Assembly: GCA_963668675.2 (NCBI GenBank)
Contig: CAXXMB010000002.1
Coordinates: forward strand, 2,688,001 to 2,752,000
DNA length: 64,000 nt
Source: an uncultured Desulfatitalea sp.
Lineage (GTDB): Bacteria > Desulfobacterota > Desulfobacteria > Desulfobacterales > Desulfosarcinaceae
Direction: 5' to 3'
Shown here piece after piece: positions 20,364 to 29,926 of this stretch. The translations under genes and the position numbers were made by a program. The notes beneath the pieces were generated by a model, which saw nothing but the letters and a program-made list of their open reading frames with translations, was not told where the DNA came from and did not search any database. The first letter of the stretch is position 1. Each line of letters starts with the position of its first letter.

Positions 20364-22178
20364 TCAAGGTGTATGTCCGGCATTGCTATTTTCCCTGTAG
20401 ACAGCTTCAAAAAGCCGCGCCATATCCCGAACGGTTTTCTCAATTGAAAATCGGGAGAGGGCATGCTGCCTGGCCATTCGGCCCTGTTTTTCCCTGCGGT
20501 CATCGTCGCAGGCGAGCGCCGTAATGGCCGCAGAGATGGCGCCGGGGCTCTCCACCGGGAGCAGCACGGCCGCGTCACCGACCAGGTTTGGGATAGGGCC
20601 GGAGGCGACGGCGAGGACCGGAAGGCCGAAGGCCATGGCCTTTTTCAATATAAGACCGGACGGTGTGTTTCTGGCCGGGGAAGGGATGCTCGGCATAAGG
20701 AAGATATCTGCGGCATTGAAGAGGTTGCCGGGACGCATCCCGTTGCAGAAACGGAACAGCGATCGCATCCCCATCTCCTCTATGCGCTTTTCGATGCACT
20801 TCAGTTCTGACCCCTCTGCGGCAACAAGGTAGCGGATATTGGCTTTTATTGCGCCGCCGGCCATCTGAATCAGTTTGGCCGCATAAACGAGATCGCCGAT
20901 GCCGTTCTCCCAGACGGTATCGCCGGCGTACAGAACGATCTTTGCAGATGGTTCGATTTTCAATTCATGGCGTATACGCACTCTGGCGGCACCGTCCTGT
21001 GCAATTTCGCTGAAATTGACGCCCATGGGAATGACGGCGATCTTTTCCCGGGGAACCCCCTCAATCAGGAGCGCATCCCTGGCCTCTTCCGATTCGGCCA
21101 CAAAAACATCCACCATCTCCCTGCTTGCGTGCTTGAGTTTTCTGAGCGCCTCGTTCTCTTCATGGGCAAAGGGGATGACTTCCCTCTGCAGCGCCACCGC
21201 CGCCTTGCCGAATTTTTCTTTGGCCATGATGGCTTGATAGGCATACGGCCAGACGATCTCCGGGACGTATACGATGTCCGTATCGAAAAGGGCGTACTCG
21301 AGGCCTGCCATGGCCGTGGCTACCCTCGGATCTTTGGGGAGACATACGATGGGCGGATCGCTCTTCCCGGTATCTTCCGCAGGTTGACGGGTTGTATAGA
21401 CCGTTATGTCAAACATCTCCTGCAGTGGTGCGAGGGCATGGATTTCGGACATGTTGAGATGCGGTCCCCGAACGACCGCAACGCGCGGTTTTCCCGAAGC
21501 GTGCTCCGGCAGAAGATAGGGTGGAACATGCTTCCCCACCCTCGCCTTTTCCGGTACGGGTTGGAAGTCGTAGTCTCGGAAAACAAGGTCTTCGGACCTG
21601 TTGACGAGGCTTCCGGATATCTCCGAATACTTCTGCGCCTTTTCAAGAAAGCGGGACCTGTTCAAAAAGCCATAGTGGACCACGTAAGCATTCCAATCCA
21701 GTATGGTTCCGGAAAACCCGGTTAAGGATTCATGGATGGCAGATTGCCACTTTATGGCGCTGCGATTTCGCCAGATTCTCGGCGTTGATTCGAACGTGTC
21801 GGCGCTTTTGGAGAAAAAGCTTTCGTTGCCTACCAGGTTGCATTGCCTCACCCGGTAAGCTTCAACCTCTTCGGGGGTGCGGTTCAGCAGCGCGCTTATC
21901 TCCTCTTCAAAGGCAAGGGCGAAGGCTTCGTCGGCATCGAGGCGGATGACCCAGTCGCCCGAGCAGTGCTGCAGTGAAACCTGGCGTTGATGCCCAAAGT
22001 GGCCCTCCCATGGATGGCGGACGACCTTTACCTTGGGGTGGGCCTGGAGAATTTCAATGGTTCTGTCCATACTGCCGCCATCGACAACCACGATCTCATC
22101 CGCAAAGCGGCATGAACTTAGTGCTCTTGCGATGAACTGTTCTTCGTTCAATACGATCATGGATATGGAAATTTTCAT
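20364..22178 (-). CDS. Fused GT2 + GT4 glycosyltransferase
   Basis: IVLNEE, VVDGGS.DRT, LDADE (GT2); C-terminal ADIFLMPS...AMAFGLPV (GT4). Confidence 0.85.
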   Translation of the reverse strand: MKISISMIVLNEEQFIARALSSCRFADEIVVVDGGSMDRTIEILQAHPKVKVVRHPWEGHFGHQRQVSLQHCSGDWVIRLDADEAFALAFEEEISALLNRTPEEVEAYRVRQCNLVGNESFFSKSADTFESTPRIWRNRSAIKWQSAIHESLTGFSGTILDWNAYVVHYGFLNRSRFLEKAQKYSEISGSLVNRSEDLVFRDYDFQPVPEKARVGKHVPPYLLPEHASGKPRVAVVRGPHLNMSEIHALAPLQEMFDITVYTTRQPAEDTGKSDPPIVCLPKDPRVATAMAGLEYALFDTDIVYVPEIVWPYAYQAIMAKEKFGKAAVALQREVIPFAHEENEALRKLKHASREMVDVFVAESEEARDALLIEGVPREKIAVIPMGVNFSEIAQDGAARVRIRHELKIEPSAKIVLYAGDTVWENGIGDLVYAAKLIQMAGGAIKANIRYLVAAEGSELKCIEKRIEEMGMRSLFRFCNGMRPGNLFNAADIFLMPSIPSPARNTPSGLILKKAMAFGLPVLAVASGPIPNLVGDAAVLLPVESPGAISAAITALACDDDRREKQGRMARQHALSRFSIEKTVRDMARLFEAVYRENSNAGHTP

Positions 22179-22302
22179 ACGTCGCTGTCCCGATTGGTAT
22201 GCGGAAATCTCTTCTGCATTGATCGAACGATCATAGCATCGATCGAACCGGCACCACAACGTCCAATACGGTGGTTATGGGAACGTAATCGTCCGCGGCG
22301 GT

Positions 22303-22743
22303 CTATTTTTGGGAGCTGCGGATACAGTTTTTGCAGATGCCGTCGACGCGGACCTCCACCCTGTCGATCTGGCCCGGAAAGGTTTTCCACAGGTTCCCTG
22401 TATCGATATTGAGGCTCTCAGGATGGAGGCAGTTCATCTGTCCACAGCGTTTGCAGTAAAAGTGGGGGTGGGGGCGATGGTGGTCGTTGGGAGCCAATCC
22501 GAAGCAGGCGGCCCGTCCGCCGGTACTGATGCGTTCGACCACTCCATGGTCGACCAGCAGATCGAGAATCCGATAGACGGTCACCCGGTTGATCGAACTG
22601 CTGCGTTCCAAAGTGCGAAAGATGTCGCCGGCCGAGAGCGGGAAACTGTTGTTGCCGACCACTTCGAGAACCCGCAGGCGGTTATCCGTGGCTTCCAGTT
22701 GGGCGGCTGCCAACAGGGCGTTGTAGTCGCATTGGTGGCACAT
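22303..22743 (-). CDS. zur: Fur-family regulator, probably Zur
   Basis: T..R..VL, TVYR.L..L, HPHFYCKRC, C-terminal CKNC; last gene of the znu operon. Confidence 0.85.
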   Translation of the reverse strand: MCHQCDYNALLAAAQLEATDNRLRVLEVVGNNSFPLSAGDIFRTLERSSSINRVTVYRILDLLVDHGVVERISTGGRAACFGLAPNDHHRPHPHFYCKRCGQMNCLHPESLNIDTGNLWKTFPGQIDRVEVRVDGICKNCIRSSQK

Positions 22744-22783
22744 GGCGCTCCTTGATCATGCGCTGGACGGATATGGCGCCGAC

Positions 22784-23620
22784 TCAGCGCTGTTGCTTTG
22801 ATTTCGATGCCTGCCGTCTCAGTCGGTCGATCACCAACGAGATAAAGAAGGCGATCCCGGAGACCAGAATAATTGCGGCCCCCGATGTGAGATTGAACCG
22901 ATAGGCGAACCAGAGGCCGGAAACGGTAAAAAGCGCGCCCAGCGCACTGGAGCCGAGCATCATTTGGGCCAGGGATTTGGCATACTTCTCAACAATGAAC
23001 GGCGGAATGGTCAACAGGGCGATCACCAGGATCAAACCCACCACCTGAATGACCATTACAATGGTAACCGCCAGCATGCCGATCATCCCGAAGTAGAGTC
23101 TTTTGACCGGCACGCCCCTGATCTGGGCAAACTCTTCGTCGTAGGAGAGCACCAACAGATCTTTGTAGTAGTACACCACCGCTAGGGTGATGAACAGGCC
23201 GATCGCCGCCATGATGTAAAGGTCCGATGCTGGAACGGTCAGAATACTGCCGAAGAGGTAGCTCATCAGATCCACATTGTAGCCGGGAGTCAGGTCTATC
23301 AGGATGACGCCCAAGGCCATGCCGAGGGCCCATATGACGCCGATGATCGTGTCGGCGCGATGCCTGGCCCGTAAGCTGATGGCGGCCATCAGCATGGCGG
23401 CCGCCAAGGAAAAACCCGCCGTTCCCAGAAGATAGGGCCAGCCGAAGTAGAAGGCCAGTCCGATGCCGCCATAGGCGGCGTGGGCTATGCCGCCCGAGAG
23501 AAAGACAATGCGATTGACCACCACCAAGGTGCCCATAATCCCGCAGATGATGCTGGCCAGAAAGCCGGCCACCAGGGCGTGGCGCATGAATTCGAACTCA
23601 AGGGCCTCGATCATTCCCAT
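22784..23620 (-). CDS. znuB: Zinc ABC transporter permease
   Basis: IAHAAYGG, MSYLFGSIL, VGLILVIALL. Confidence 0.9.
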   Translation of the reverse strand: MGMIEALEFEFMRHALVAGFLASIICGIMGTLVVVNRIVFLSGGIAHAAYGGIGLAFYFGWPYLLGTAGFSLAAAMLMAAISLRARHRADTIIGVIWALGMALGVILIDLTPGYNVDLMSYLFGSILTVPASDLYIMAAIGLFITLAVVYYYKDLLVLSYDEEFAQIRGVPVKRLYFGMIGMLAVTIVMVIQVVGLILVIALLTIPPFIVEKYAKSLAQMMLGSSALGALFTVSGLWFAYRFNLTSGAAIILVSGIAFFISLVIDRLRRQASKSKQQR

Positions 23621-24396
23621 CACTCCTTGTGGTCCATCAGGACACGATGCGGCAGGCCGTGGGCCACCAGTTCAACGGGGCACACCTCTTCGGCTGTGCA
23701 AGGGTACATGGTTTCGAGCATATCGCCAGTGATTTCAGCCTGGTCATGGTAGTGCACTCTTCGGTTTACGCAAGAGACCGATTTGATATAGCGTGAGATG
23801 ACGAGTAGATCATGACTGACCACCACAATGGTGATTTTATCATTGAGTTCCTTGAGCAGCCTGTAGAAATCGGCCTGGCCCTTGGTGTCGATGCCGGCAG
23901 TCGGTTCGTCGAGCAACAGCAGTTTGGGGTCGCTCACCAGTGCACGGGCGATAAAAACCCGCTGGCGCTGCCCGCCGGAAAGCTCCCCGATCCGCTTGTG
24001 CGCATTCGCCTCCATTTCAAGATGCGCCAGGGCAGCCATCGCCTCGCTCTGGTCGCTGGTCGACCGGCGTGTCCAGCGCTTGCGGGGATCGAGTTTCCCC
24101 ATCAGGACCACATCCAGGGCCGTGACGGGAAAGCTGTTGTTGATGTGTACATTCTGGGGCACATACCCGACTGAGGAGGATGCCTTTCGCGCCGATCGGC
24201 CGAATACCCTGATGTCACCCGTGTCCGGCTTGAGCAATCCCAGCATCAATCTCAACAGAGTGGTTTTGCCGCCGCCGTTGGGGCCGATCATGGCCATGAA
24301 CTCACCCGGCTGGATCGCCAGGTTGACCTCCTCCAACACCGCATCGCCGTTGTAGGCGAAGCTGACATTTTCGATTTCGACAATTGGGGTATTCAC
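23620..24396 (-). CDS. znuC: Zinc ABC transporter ATPase
   Basis: GPNGGGKTT, GYVPQ, LSGGQ, LLLDEP. Confidence 0.9.
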   Translation of the reverse strand: MNTPIVEIENVSFAYNGDAVLEEVNLAIQPGEFMAMIGPNGGGKTTLLRLMLGLLKPDTGDIRVFGRSARKASSSVGYVPQNVHINNSFPVTALDVVLMGKLDPRKRWTRRSTSDQSEAMAALAHLEMEANAHKRIGELSGGQRQRVFIARALVSDPKLLLLDEPTAGIDTKGQADFYRLLKELNDKITIVVVSHDLLVISRYIKSVSCVNRRVHYHDQAEITGDMLETMYPCTAEEVCPVELVAHGLPHRVLMDHKE

Positions 24397-24406
24397 ATTT
24401 GGTATC

Positions 24407-25300
24407 CTATCTTAATGCCGCCTTGAATTTGTTGGCCACCTCATACAGGTTCGCCTTCCAGTCTGACGCTAGCGGATCGGCAAAAGCCACCTGGCCACCG
24501 ATCGCCTTGGCAATCAGGGCTGCGCTCTTGGTCGAAAATTGGGGTTGGACGAAGATCACCTGGATGCGCTCCTCTCTGGCATGTTTGATCATCTCTTTCA
24601 ACTGGCCCGGTTTGGGGGTTTTGCCTTCGATCTCAATGGGGATCTGCTCGAGTCCATACGCCTTTGCGAAGTAACCCCAGGAGGGGTGAAATACCATGAA
24701 GCGGAGCCCCTGCTTTCCCTCAAGTATTTCTTTTAACTTAGCGTCCAGGGCGCCGATTTGGGAAACAAACTCCTGGTAGTTGGCCTCATACACTTCGTGA
24801 TGGGTCGGATCCACAGTCTGAAGGGCGGTTCGTATCACACCGGCCTGAATTTTTACCAGCGGGGGCGACAGCCATATGTGCGGATCGTCGCCGCCTGGGG
24901 CAGCCCCCCCCTCTTCATGCACGTGGCGCTCCTTCTCATGGTGGTGATGCGCTGTCATGGTCAGCTTCTCGATCCCCTGATCGGTATGCACCATAACCAT
25001 CCCGGGATTGGCGGCGCTGATTTTGGGCAGCCACACCCGTTCAAACGGTACGCCAATGGCAAAGTAAATTTTGGTCCGGGAGAGCCGGGCCATCTGCTTC
25101 GGCTTGGGTTCGTAGGTGGCAGGGCTGGCCCCCGGATGCACCATCACCTCGACGGATACCAGTTCCTTGCCAATTTGTTGCACGAAGTATCGCTGGGGTT
25201 CGATACTGACATAGACGGTCAGCTTTTCTGAAGCGAGCACGACGTTTGAGCCAGCCAATATGAATAGTGTCACAAATAGAGTGATTAGCCGCATTCGCAT
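24407..25300 (-). CDS. znuA: Zinc ABC transporter substrate-binding protein
   Basis: SPATYEPKP, His-rich loop HHHHEKERHVHE, DPHIWLSP, FHPSWGY; start approximate. Confidence 0.88.
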   Translation of the reverse strand: MRMRLITLFVTLFILAGSNVVLASEKLTVYVSIEPQRYFVQQIGKELVSVEVMVHPGASPATYEPKPKQMARLSRTKIYFAIGVPFERVWLPKISAANPGMVMVHTDQGIEKLTMTAHHHHEKERHVHEEGGAAPGGDDPHIWLSPPLVKIQAGVIRTALQTVDPTHHEVYEANYQEFVSQIGALDAKLKEILEGKQGLRFMVFHPSWGYFAKAYGLEQIPIEIEGKTPKPGQLKEMIKHAREERIQVIFVQPQFSTKSAALIAKAIGGQVAFADPLASDWKANLYEVANKFKAALR

Positions 25301-25367
25301 GACGCTCGCCTTTGCAGTGATTGGGTCTGTTTTCATAGGGGCACGCGTGAACATCTGAACAACACCT

Positions 25368-25384
25368 GTGCAACTATATTGCAT
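25368..25384. promoter_or_regulatory. Putative Zur operator
   Basis: Palindrome TGCAA-CTATA-TTGCA about 70 bp upstream of znuA. Confidence 0.65.
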
Positions 25385-25531
25385 GAAATGGGAGGATGCA
25401 ACAGGTCTCCTGCGATATCAATCCTATTTGCAAAGGAAGCACTTTGCCGGCAGGAACCAGCGGCGTGGGCTGATGGTTGAATTGACATCACGAAACGAAA
25501 GCTTACTGATATCCAAGGAGGTAAGCGCGAT

Positions 25532-26014
25532 ATGAAATCAGTTTGGCAAAAGACAATGTTCGTTACCATCGTTCTCTCCGGGTTGCAGTTGAGCTGCGCC
25601 GGCAAACCCCCAGCCGTCATCGGTGTCACCGGCGGAAGACTGGCGCCGTGCCCTGATCGCCCCAATTGCGTCTCCAGTATGGCGGTGGACGACAAAGAGC
25701 ACTATGTCGAGCCATTCGCCTATTCGATAGAGAAACGCCAGGCACGCCAAGTGTTGCAGCAAGTGGTCGTTTCCCAGGATAGGGCAACCATCGTCGATCA
25801 GTCGGACGAATACCTGCGGCTTCAATTCAAAAGCAGGATTTTTCGGTTTGTCGATGACGTGGAGTTCTATTTCCCTCGAAATGAATCCTTGATCCACGTC
25901 AGGTCGGCTTCCCGGGTGGGCCACTCCGATATGGGCGTAAACAGAAAGCGCATTGAGCGGATACGATCGCAGTTCCGTGAGGCAGCGGACAGGATTATGG
26001 AGAAAATGAATTGA
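25532..26014 (+). CDS. DUF1499 family protein (probable lipoprotein)
   Basis: LAPCPDRPNCVSS, FVDDVEF, RSASRVG.SD.GVNRKR. Confidence 0.88.
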   Translation: MKSVWQKTMFVTIVLSGLQLSCAGKPPAVIGVTGGRLAPCPDRPNCVSSMAVDDKEHYVEPFAYSIEKRQARQVLQQVVVSQDRATIVDQSDEYLRLQFKSRIFRFVDDVEFYFPRNESLIHVRSASRVGHSDMGVNRKRIERIRSQFREAADRIMEKMN

Positions 26015-26724
26015 TGACGAGAAGTTACATTTCAAGTGTTCGCTATAAAGCAGTTGCACTCCTTCTCTTTTTCCTGAGCGTGGCGTTTGCGGGACCCGTG
26101 CCGACCGCTTGCGCCAATGAAGAAGCGTGGCAGCATATCGGTGATTATGAAGGCGTGGCGCTCTATCGCTCCGTGTATGAAACGGAAGAGGTACTGCCAT
26201 TTAAAGCTGTAGCCGTGCTGGATATCCCCTTCGACAAGATCGTCATGGCCCTGGTGGATGCCGAGCGCAAAGCGGACTGGGCCCCCAAACTCAAAGCCAC
26301 CGCCATACACACCCGGATATCCCCAAACCGCTTCGAGTACAGCGAGTACTACCAAACGCCCTGGCCGTTTAAGGACAGGGAGTTTCTGCTGGCCGGCATC
26401 GTAGAGTACCGCCAGGATCGTATCGTGTTTGCCGCCGAGAATTCGACCAACGGAGCGTTGGCAAGAAAGGATCATCTCCGGGCCAACATTCAGACGCTGA
26501 CCTTTGACGTGGTTCCCATTTCAGCGGGCCGTACCGAGGTGGCCTTCACCTTCTCGGGTGATTTGGGCGGATGGATACCGGCCTTCGTCAAAACCATTAT
26601 CCAGAAGAAGTGGCCGGTGCGCTTTATCCAGTCGATGAAGCAGTACATCGCCAGCAATGATTCCCTTGAGACGGAAAGGTACCGCTCCCTCGAGAAGACG
26701 ACAGTTGTCTTTCAGCAGCCCTGA
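26014..26724 (+). CDS. Exported START/SRPBCC-domain lipid-binding protein
   Basis: Signal peptide; TPWPFKDREF, DLGGWIP. Confidence 0.75.
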   Translation: MTRSYISSVRYKAVALLLFFLSVAFAGPVPTACANEEAWQHIGDYEGVALYRSVYETEEVLPFKAVAVLDIPFDKIVMALVDAERKADWAPKLKATAIHTRISPNRFEYSEYYQTPWPFKDREFLLAGIVEYRQDRIVFAAENSTNGALARKDHLRANIQTLTFDVVPISAGRTEVAFTFSGDLGGWIPAFVKTIIQKKWPVRFIQSMKQYIASNDSLETERYRSLEKTTVVFQQP

Positions 26725-26984
26725 GGCGTTGTTGCCGCCCGAAACCACTATTGTAAGGGGCGACAGGGAATAAGGCTTTCGGGTTTGAAGCGGGTTCCGT
26801 TGTCCCCACCCAAGGCTTAAAGATGCGGCATTAGGGAGTTTTGAAGAACTGGTGCGGCTGAAATATGCGGATGTTGGCATCTGTAATCTCCACGAAGTAG
26901 CCAAAATTTTTCAGATATGCTTCCACGGCCGCATCTGGGGGGCGTTGTCCTGGATGCGGGATTTGTTGACAACACCTGCCATCC

Positions 26985-27599
26985 TCACGCAAAAAGATAC
27001 CGCACCAGCATCTCTTGAAGGGCCTTGACCAATCGCTCTTGTCCAACTGGAGCGTCGAAGATTACGGCCCGATGTGAGACCTCTTCGATGGCGTAGTAAA
27101 CCAACTCGACCGCCGCTTCCAGGTCCTGGATGCGGTAGGCATCGCGCATCGGGCCCAGGAAGTCCGAAAGGGCGGCCAGCAACCGTGTTTCCCTCTCCCT
27201 GGCCCAGGCGGCCACGTCCGGATCGCTCATCTGCATGGCCAGCACCTCGCGGTGAAAGGCGCTGTCACGGTTGTGGGATGTTACCGCGTGGCTGATAATG
27301 GCGGTAAGGATCTCCCGCTCTGACCGTCCCTCCCTTCGCATCTGCCAACCGAATTCAAAGATGCGCCCGCCCAGTCGCGCCTCCATCCGGTGGCATACCG
27401 CCATGAATGCCGCCTTTTTGTCGCGAAAGTAGCGGTAGAACGAACCGGTGGCCACGCCTGCATGGGCGGCAATCGCCTTGGCAGTTGTCCCGTGATACCC
27501 ATGGGCGGCAAAGAGTTCCAGGGCCGCATCCAGGATGAGGCCTTTTTTCTCGTCGGCGCGTTTTTGCTTGGGGCGGTATTCGCCATTATGCCAATTCAT
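26985..27599 (-). CDS. TetR/AcrR family regulator
   Basis: ILDAALELF..GY..TT...IA..AGVA.GSFYRYF.DK; ATGA overlap with the upstream gene. Confidence 0.92.
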   Translation of the reverse strand: MNWHNGEYRPKQKRADEKKGLILDAALELFAAHGYHGTTAKAIAAHAGVATGSFYRYFRDKKAAFMAVCHRMEARLGGRIFEFGWQMRREGRSEREILTAIISHAVTSHNRDSAFHREVLAMQMSDPDVAAWARERETRLLAALSDFLGPMRDAYRIQDLEAAVELVYYAIEEVSHRAVIFDAPVGQERLVKALQEMLVRYLFA

Positions 27600-28195
27600 G
27601 CGTCGACTCGGCCATGAGGTTTCTCCAGCAGGCGGCACATCTGGCGAACCACTTTGGGCTGCCCGGCGATAGAGAAGCCAGCAGTTTCGGCCTTCATCAC
27701 CTCATCTTCAAACTGACCGGCTTTCAAATGGGCACATGGCTCCATCAGAAGCATCCGGCCGCCGGGCTTGAGCAGGCCGAACACCTCCGAGAGCAGGGCT
27801 GCCGGGTCGGGCGTTTCGTGCAGGGAGTTGCAGGCCAGGGCGAAGTCCAGATCGAGCGCTTCACCGATGCCCCGCCCGTCACAGAGAAGGGGACGGATGA
27901 TCTCGTCCAGCCCCGCTTTGCAGGCCCTGGACATGGTCTTGTCGAGCATCTTTTGCTGTACATCGGCGGCCACCACCTCGCCAGACGGACCGGTCAAGCG
28001 GGCCATGCCCAGGCTGTAGTGGCCGAAGCCGCATCCGAAATCCAGAACCGTCATGCCTTGGGTGACGTAAGGCCCTAAAATTTTATCGGCCGGGTGGACC
28101 ATGCGGCGAAAAGGATTGTCAAAAAAGTAGGCCAGCCACCAGGGGCAGATGTGTTGCCCACCCGCTTTAGTGGCTGGTGTGGTGTGTATGTTCAT
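27596..28195 (-). CDS. Class I SAM-dependent methyltransferase
   Basis: VLDFGCGFG, LKPGG; N-terminal CPWW. Confidence 0.9.
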   Translation of the reverse strand: MNIHTTPATKAGGQHICPWWLAYFFDNPFRRMVHPADKILGPYVTQGMTVLDFGCGFGHYSLGMARLTGPSGEVVAADVQQKMLDKTMSRACKAGLDEIIRPLLCDGRGIGEALDLDFALACNSLHETPDPAALLSEVFGLLKPGGRMLLMEPCAHLKAGQFEDEVMKAETAGFSIAGQPKVVRQMCRLLEKPHGRVDA

Positions 28196-28221
28196 GTTTC
28201 CTCCTGATAGGGTTCGATGGT

Positions 28222-28274
28222 AAACATGAACTAAGGTTCATGTTTTGTCAAGACAAAAATGAACTTTAGTTCAT
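28222..28274. promoter_or_regulatory. Tandem TetR-type operators flanking a -35 box
   Basis: AAACATGAAC-TAAG-GTTCATGTTT (28222-28245) and ATGAAC-TTTA-GTTCAT (28259-28274); minus-strand TTGACA at 28246-28251. Confidence 0.8.
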
Positions 28275-28305
28275 GTTAGTGATTTGTCCTATTGGCAGGC
28301 TGATG

Positions 28306-28346
28306 AAAAAACACCTCGCCTCCAAATATTTTCGGGAAACGAGGTG
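28306..28346 (-). terminator. Intrinsic terminator of the feo-porin operon
   Basis: Minus strand CACCTCGTTTCC...GGAGGCGAGGTG followed by T6. Confidence 0.6.
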
Positions 28347-28424
28347 CATGGAACCGCCATTGGGTGGCCGCTAAGGCAACAGGGGCGCCTTTTTGGGAAC
28401 AGAGAAGAGGTATGGGGTGCAGGG

Positions 28425-29558
28425 TTAAAACTCGACAGCCAACTGGGCCGTGATCGTATCGACTTCATTGCCGTCATTCTCATATTCGTCGTGCATGTAC
28501 TCCAGGGCCAGGTTGGTGTTGTCGAAAAAGCCCCAGTTGACCACGCCGCCATACTGGGTTTCGGGCAAGAACTCTCCTCCGTCGTCCGAGCCACCGTAGC
28601 GCACGGCCAGTTCCAGGGCGTCGATCACCATGGCCCCGAACTCCACGTTCCAGGCCGACGGCTCGCGCGCCAGCGTTTCGGTGTTGTCGTAGATCTCACC
28701 GGCCACAAATTCGTCCAAAGCCGCCGTGTACTCTCCGATCAGCCGGAAGCGGTCGAGAAACTCGAAGGTGACGAAGGCGCTCCAACCGGCGACCATCTCC
28801 TCGACGGGATCCACTTCGCCGTCACTATCTCTGTCGGTAACCGTCTCGGAAAAGCTGTCTGATGAGGTCAGGTCCGAGATGTAGGAGACACCCAGCGTCA
28901 ACCCCTCCAGCGGTTGGGCCGACACACTGGCCACATAGCCGTCGATCATGTCGTCGTCGCCCGCCTCGCCGATCTTGCTGTTGAACGCGCCCACGGCAAT
29001 GTCCACCAGGTCGCCGCCGATGCGGTAGCCGAGCACCAGCGCACCCTCGTTGGTCTCGCCCAGCACCAGCGTGTTGGGATCGGTGACGAAGTGGCTGTCG
29101 TAGTTGCCAAACGGCACATACTGGCGCCCGGCGATCAGATAGGCGGGAAATGCCTCGCTGCCGGTCAGGGTGATAAAGCCCTCGTCCACGAACACGTCAT
29201 CGTCTTCGTACTTGAACAGCACGTGGCCGTCCACGTGATCGATGATCCTGGCATCGATGGCCAGCTCGACGGTGGCCAGGTCTACATTACTGCTATCCTC
29301 ATCGTCGGTGGCCGGGTCGTTGTCGTCGACCGTCTGGTAGTTGGCTTCCACTTCGATCACGCCGCTGATCTGGATGCGGTCGAACCAGCTGGGGCCGGCT
29401 ACATCCCGGCCGATGGCATCTTCGAGTTGCGCCACGCGATCTTCAAGGCTCTTGACGCCGCCCGCCTTTGTTTCGGCTGCTGCAGCCTCTACCACCACGA
29501 AAGGTGTCATCAGTCCGATTACTGCCAAACATACCATTGATAGAATCATTTTTTTCAT
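28425..29558 (-). CDS. Outer-membrane porin, LbtU-like
   Basis: Signal peptide, short coiled coil, ISGVIEVEA, AGRQYVPFG, LGETNE, C-terminal QLAVEF; very acidic. Confidence 0.75.
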   Translation of the reverse strand: MKKMILSMVCLAVIGLMTPFVVVEAAAAETKAGGVKSLEDRVAQLEDAIGRDVAGPSWFDRIQISGVIEVEANYQTVDDNDPATDDEDSSNVDLATVELAIDARIIDHVDGHVLFKYEDDDVFVDEGFITLTGSEAFPAYLIAGRQYVPFGNYDSHFVTDPNTLVLGETNEGALVLGYRIGGDLVDIAVGAFNSKIGEAGDDDMIDGYVASVSAQPLEGLTLGVSYISDLTSSDSFSETVTDRDSDGEVDPVEEMVAGWSAFVTFEFLDRFRLIGEYTAALDEFVAGEIYDNTETLAREPSAWNVEFGAMVIDALELAVRYGGSDDGGEFLPETQYGGVVNWGFFDNTNLALEYMHDEYENDGNEVDTITAQLAVEF

Positions 29559-29621
29559 CTGTAGAAACCTCCTGAAGAATATTTTGTATTTACACATATT
29601 ACTTTCTTTGGGCCAATCTCG

Positions 29622-29846
29622 CTAAATACACCATTCATATATCTCCAACCCATCGCTGCAACTGCACATGGGGCAATTGCCACTGCAGCCGTTCGCCGTA
29701 TTAAACTTGACCACTTTGCCTTTGTGGATCCACTGCTGGAGCATGCCCCGCATGGCTTCCGGCTCGGTGCCGAAATGAATGGCAAGCTCGCTCAGGGTGA
29801 CTCGCTGGTGTATGCGAAGGTAGTGTTTGATTTCAGAAAGCATCAT
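29622..29846 (-). CDS. feoC: FeoC-like winged-helix protein
   Basis: L.ELA.HF......RGML..W..KGKV; CSGNCPMC; IYEW; follows feoB. Confidence 0.8.
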   Translation of the reverse strand: MMLSEIKHYLRIHQRVTLSELAIHFGTEPEAMRGMLQQWIHKGKVVKFNTANGCSGNCPMCSCSDGLEIYEWCI

Positions 29847-29926
29847 TGTCGCTCCTTGGCTTGAAATGGTTTCCATTTGTCTATCGAAGTGTTGGGGAAC
29901 TGACGCCCCCAACGCGTTTCACAATT

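Noticed and set aside
26725..26984. Possible decayed REP/MITE and small ORFs between the START and TetR genes
   Set aside because: Only imperfect inverted segments; boundaries cannot be defined
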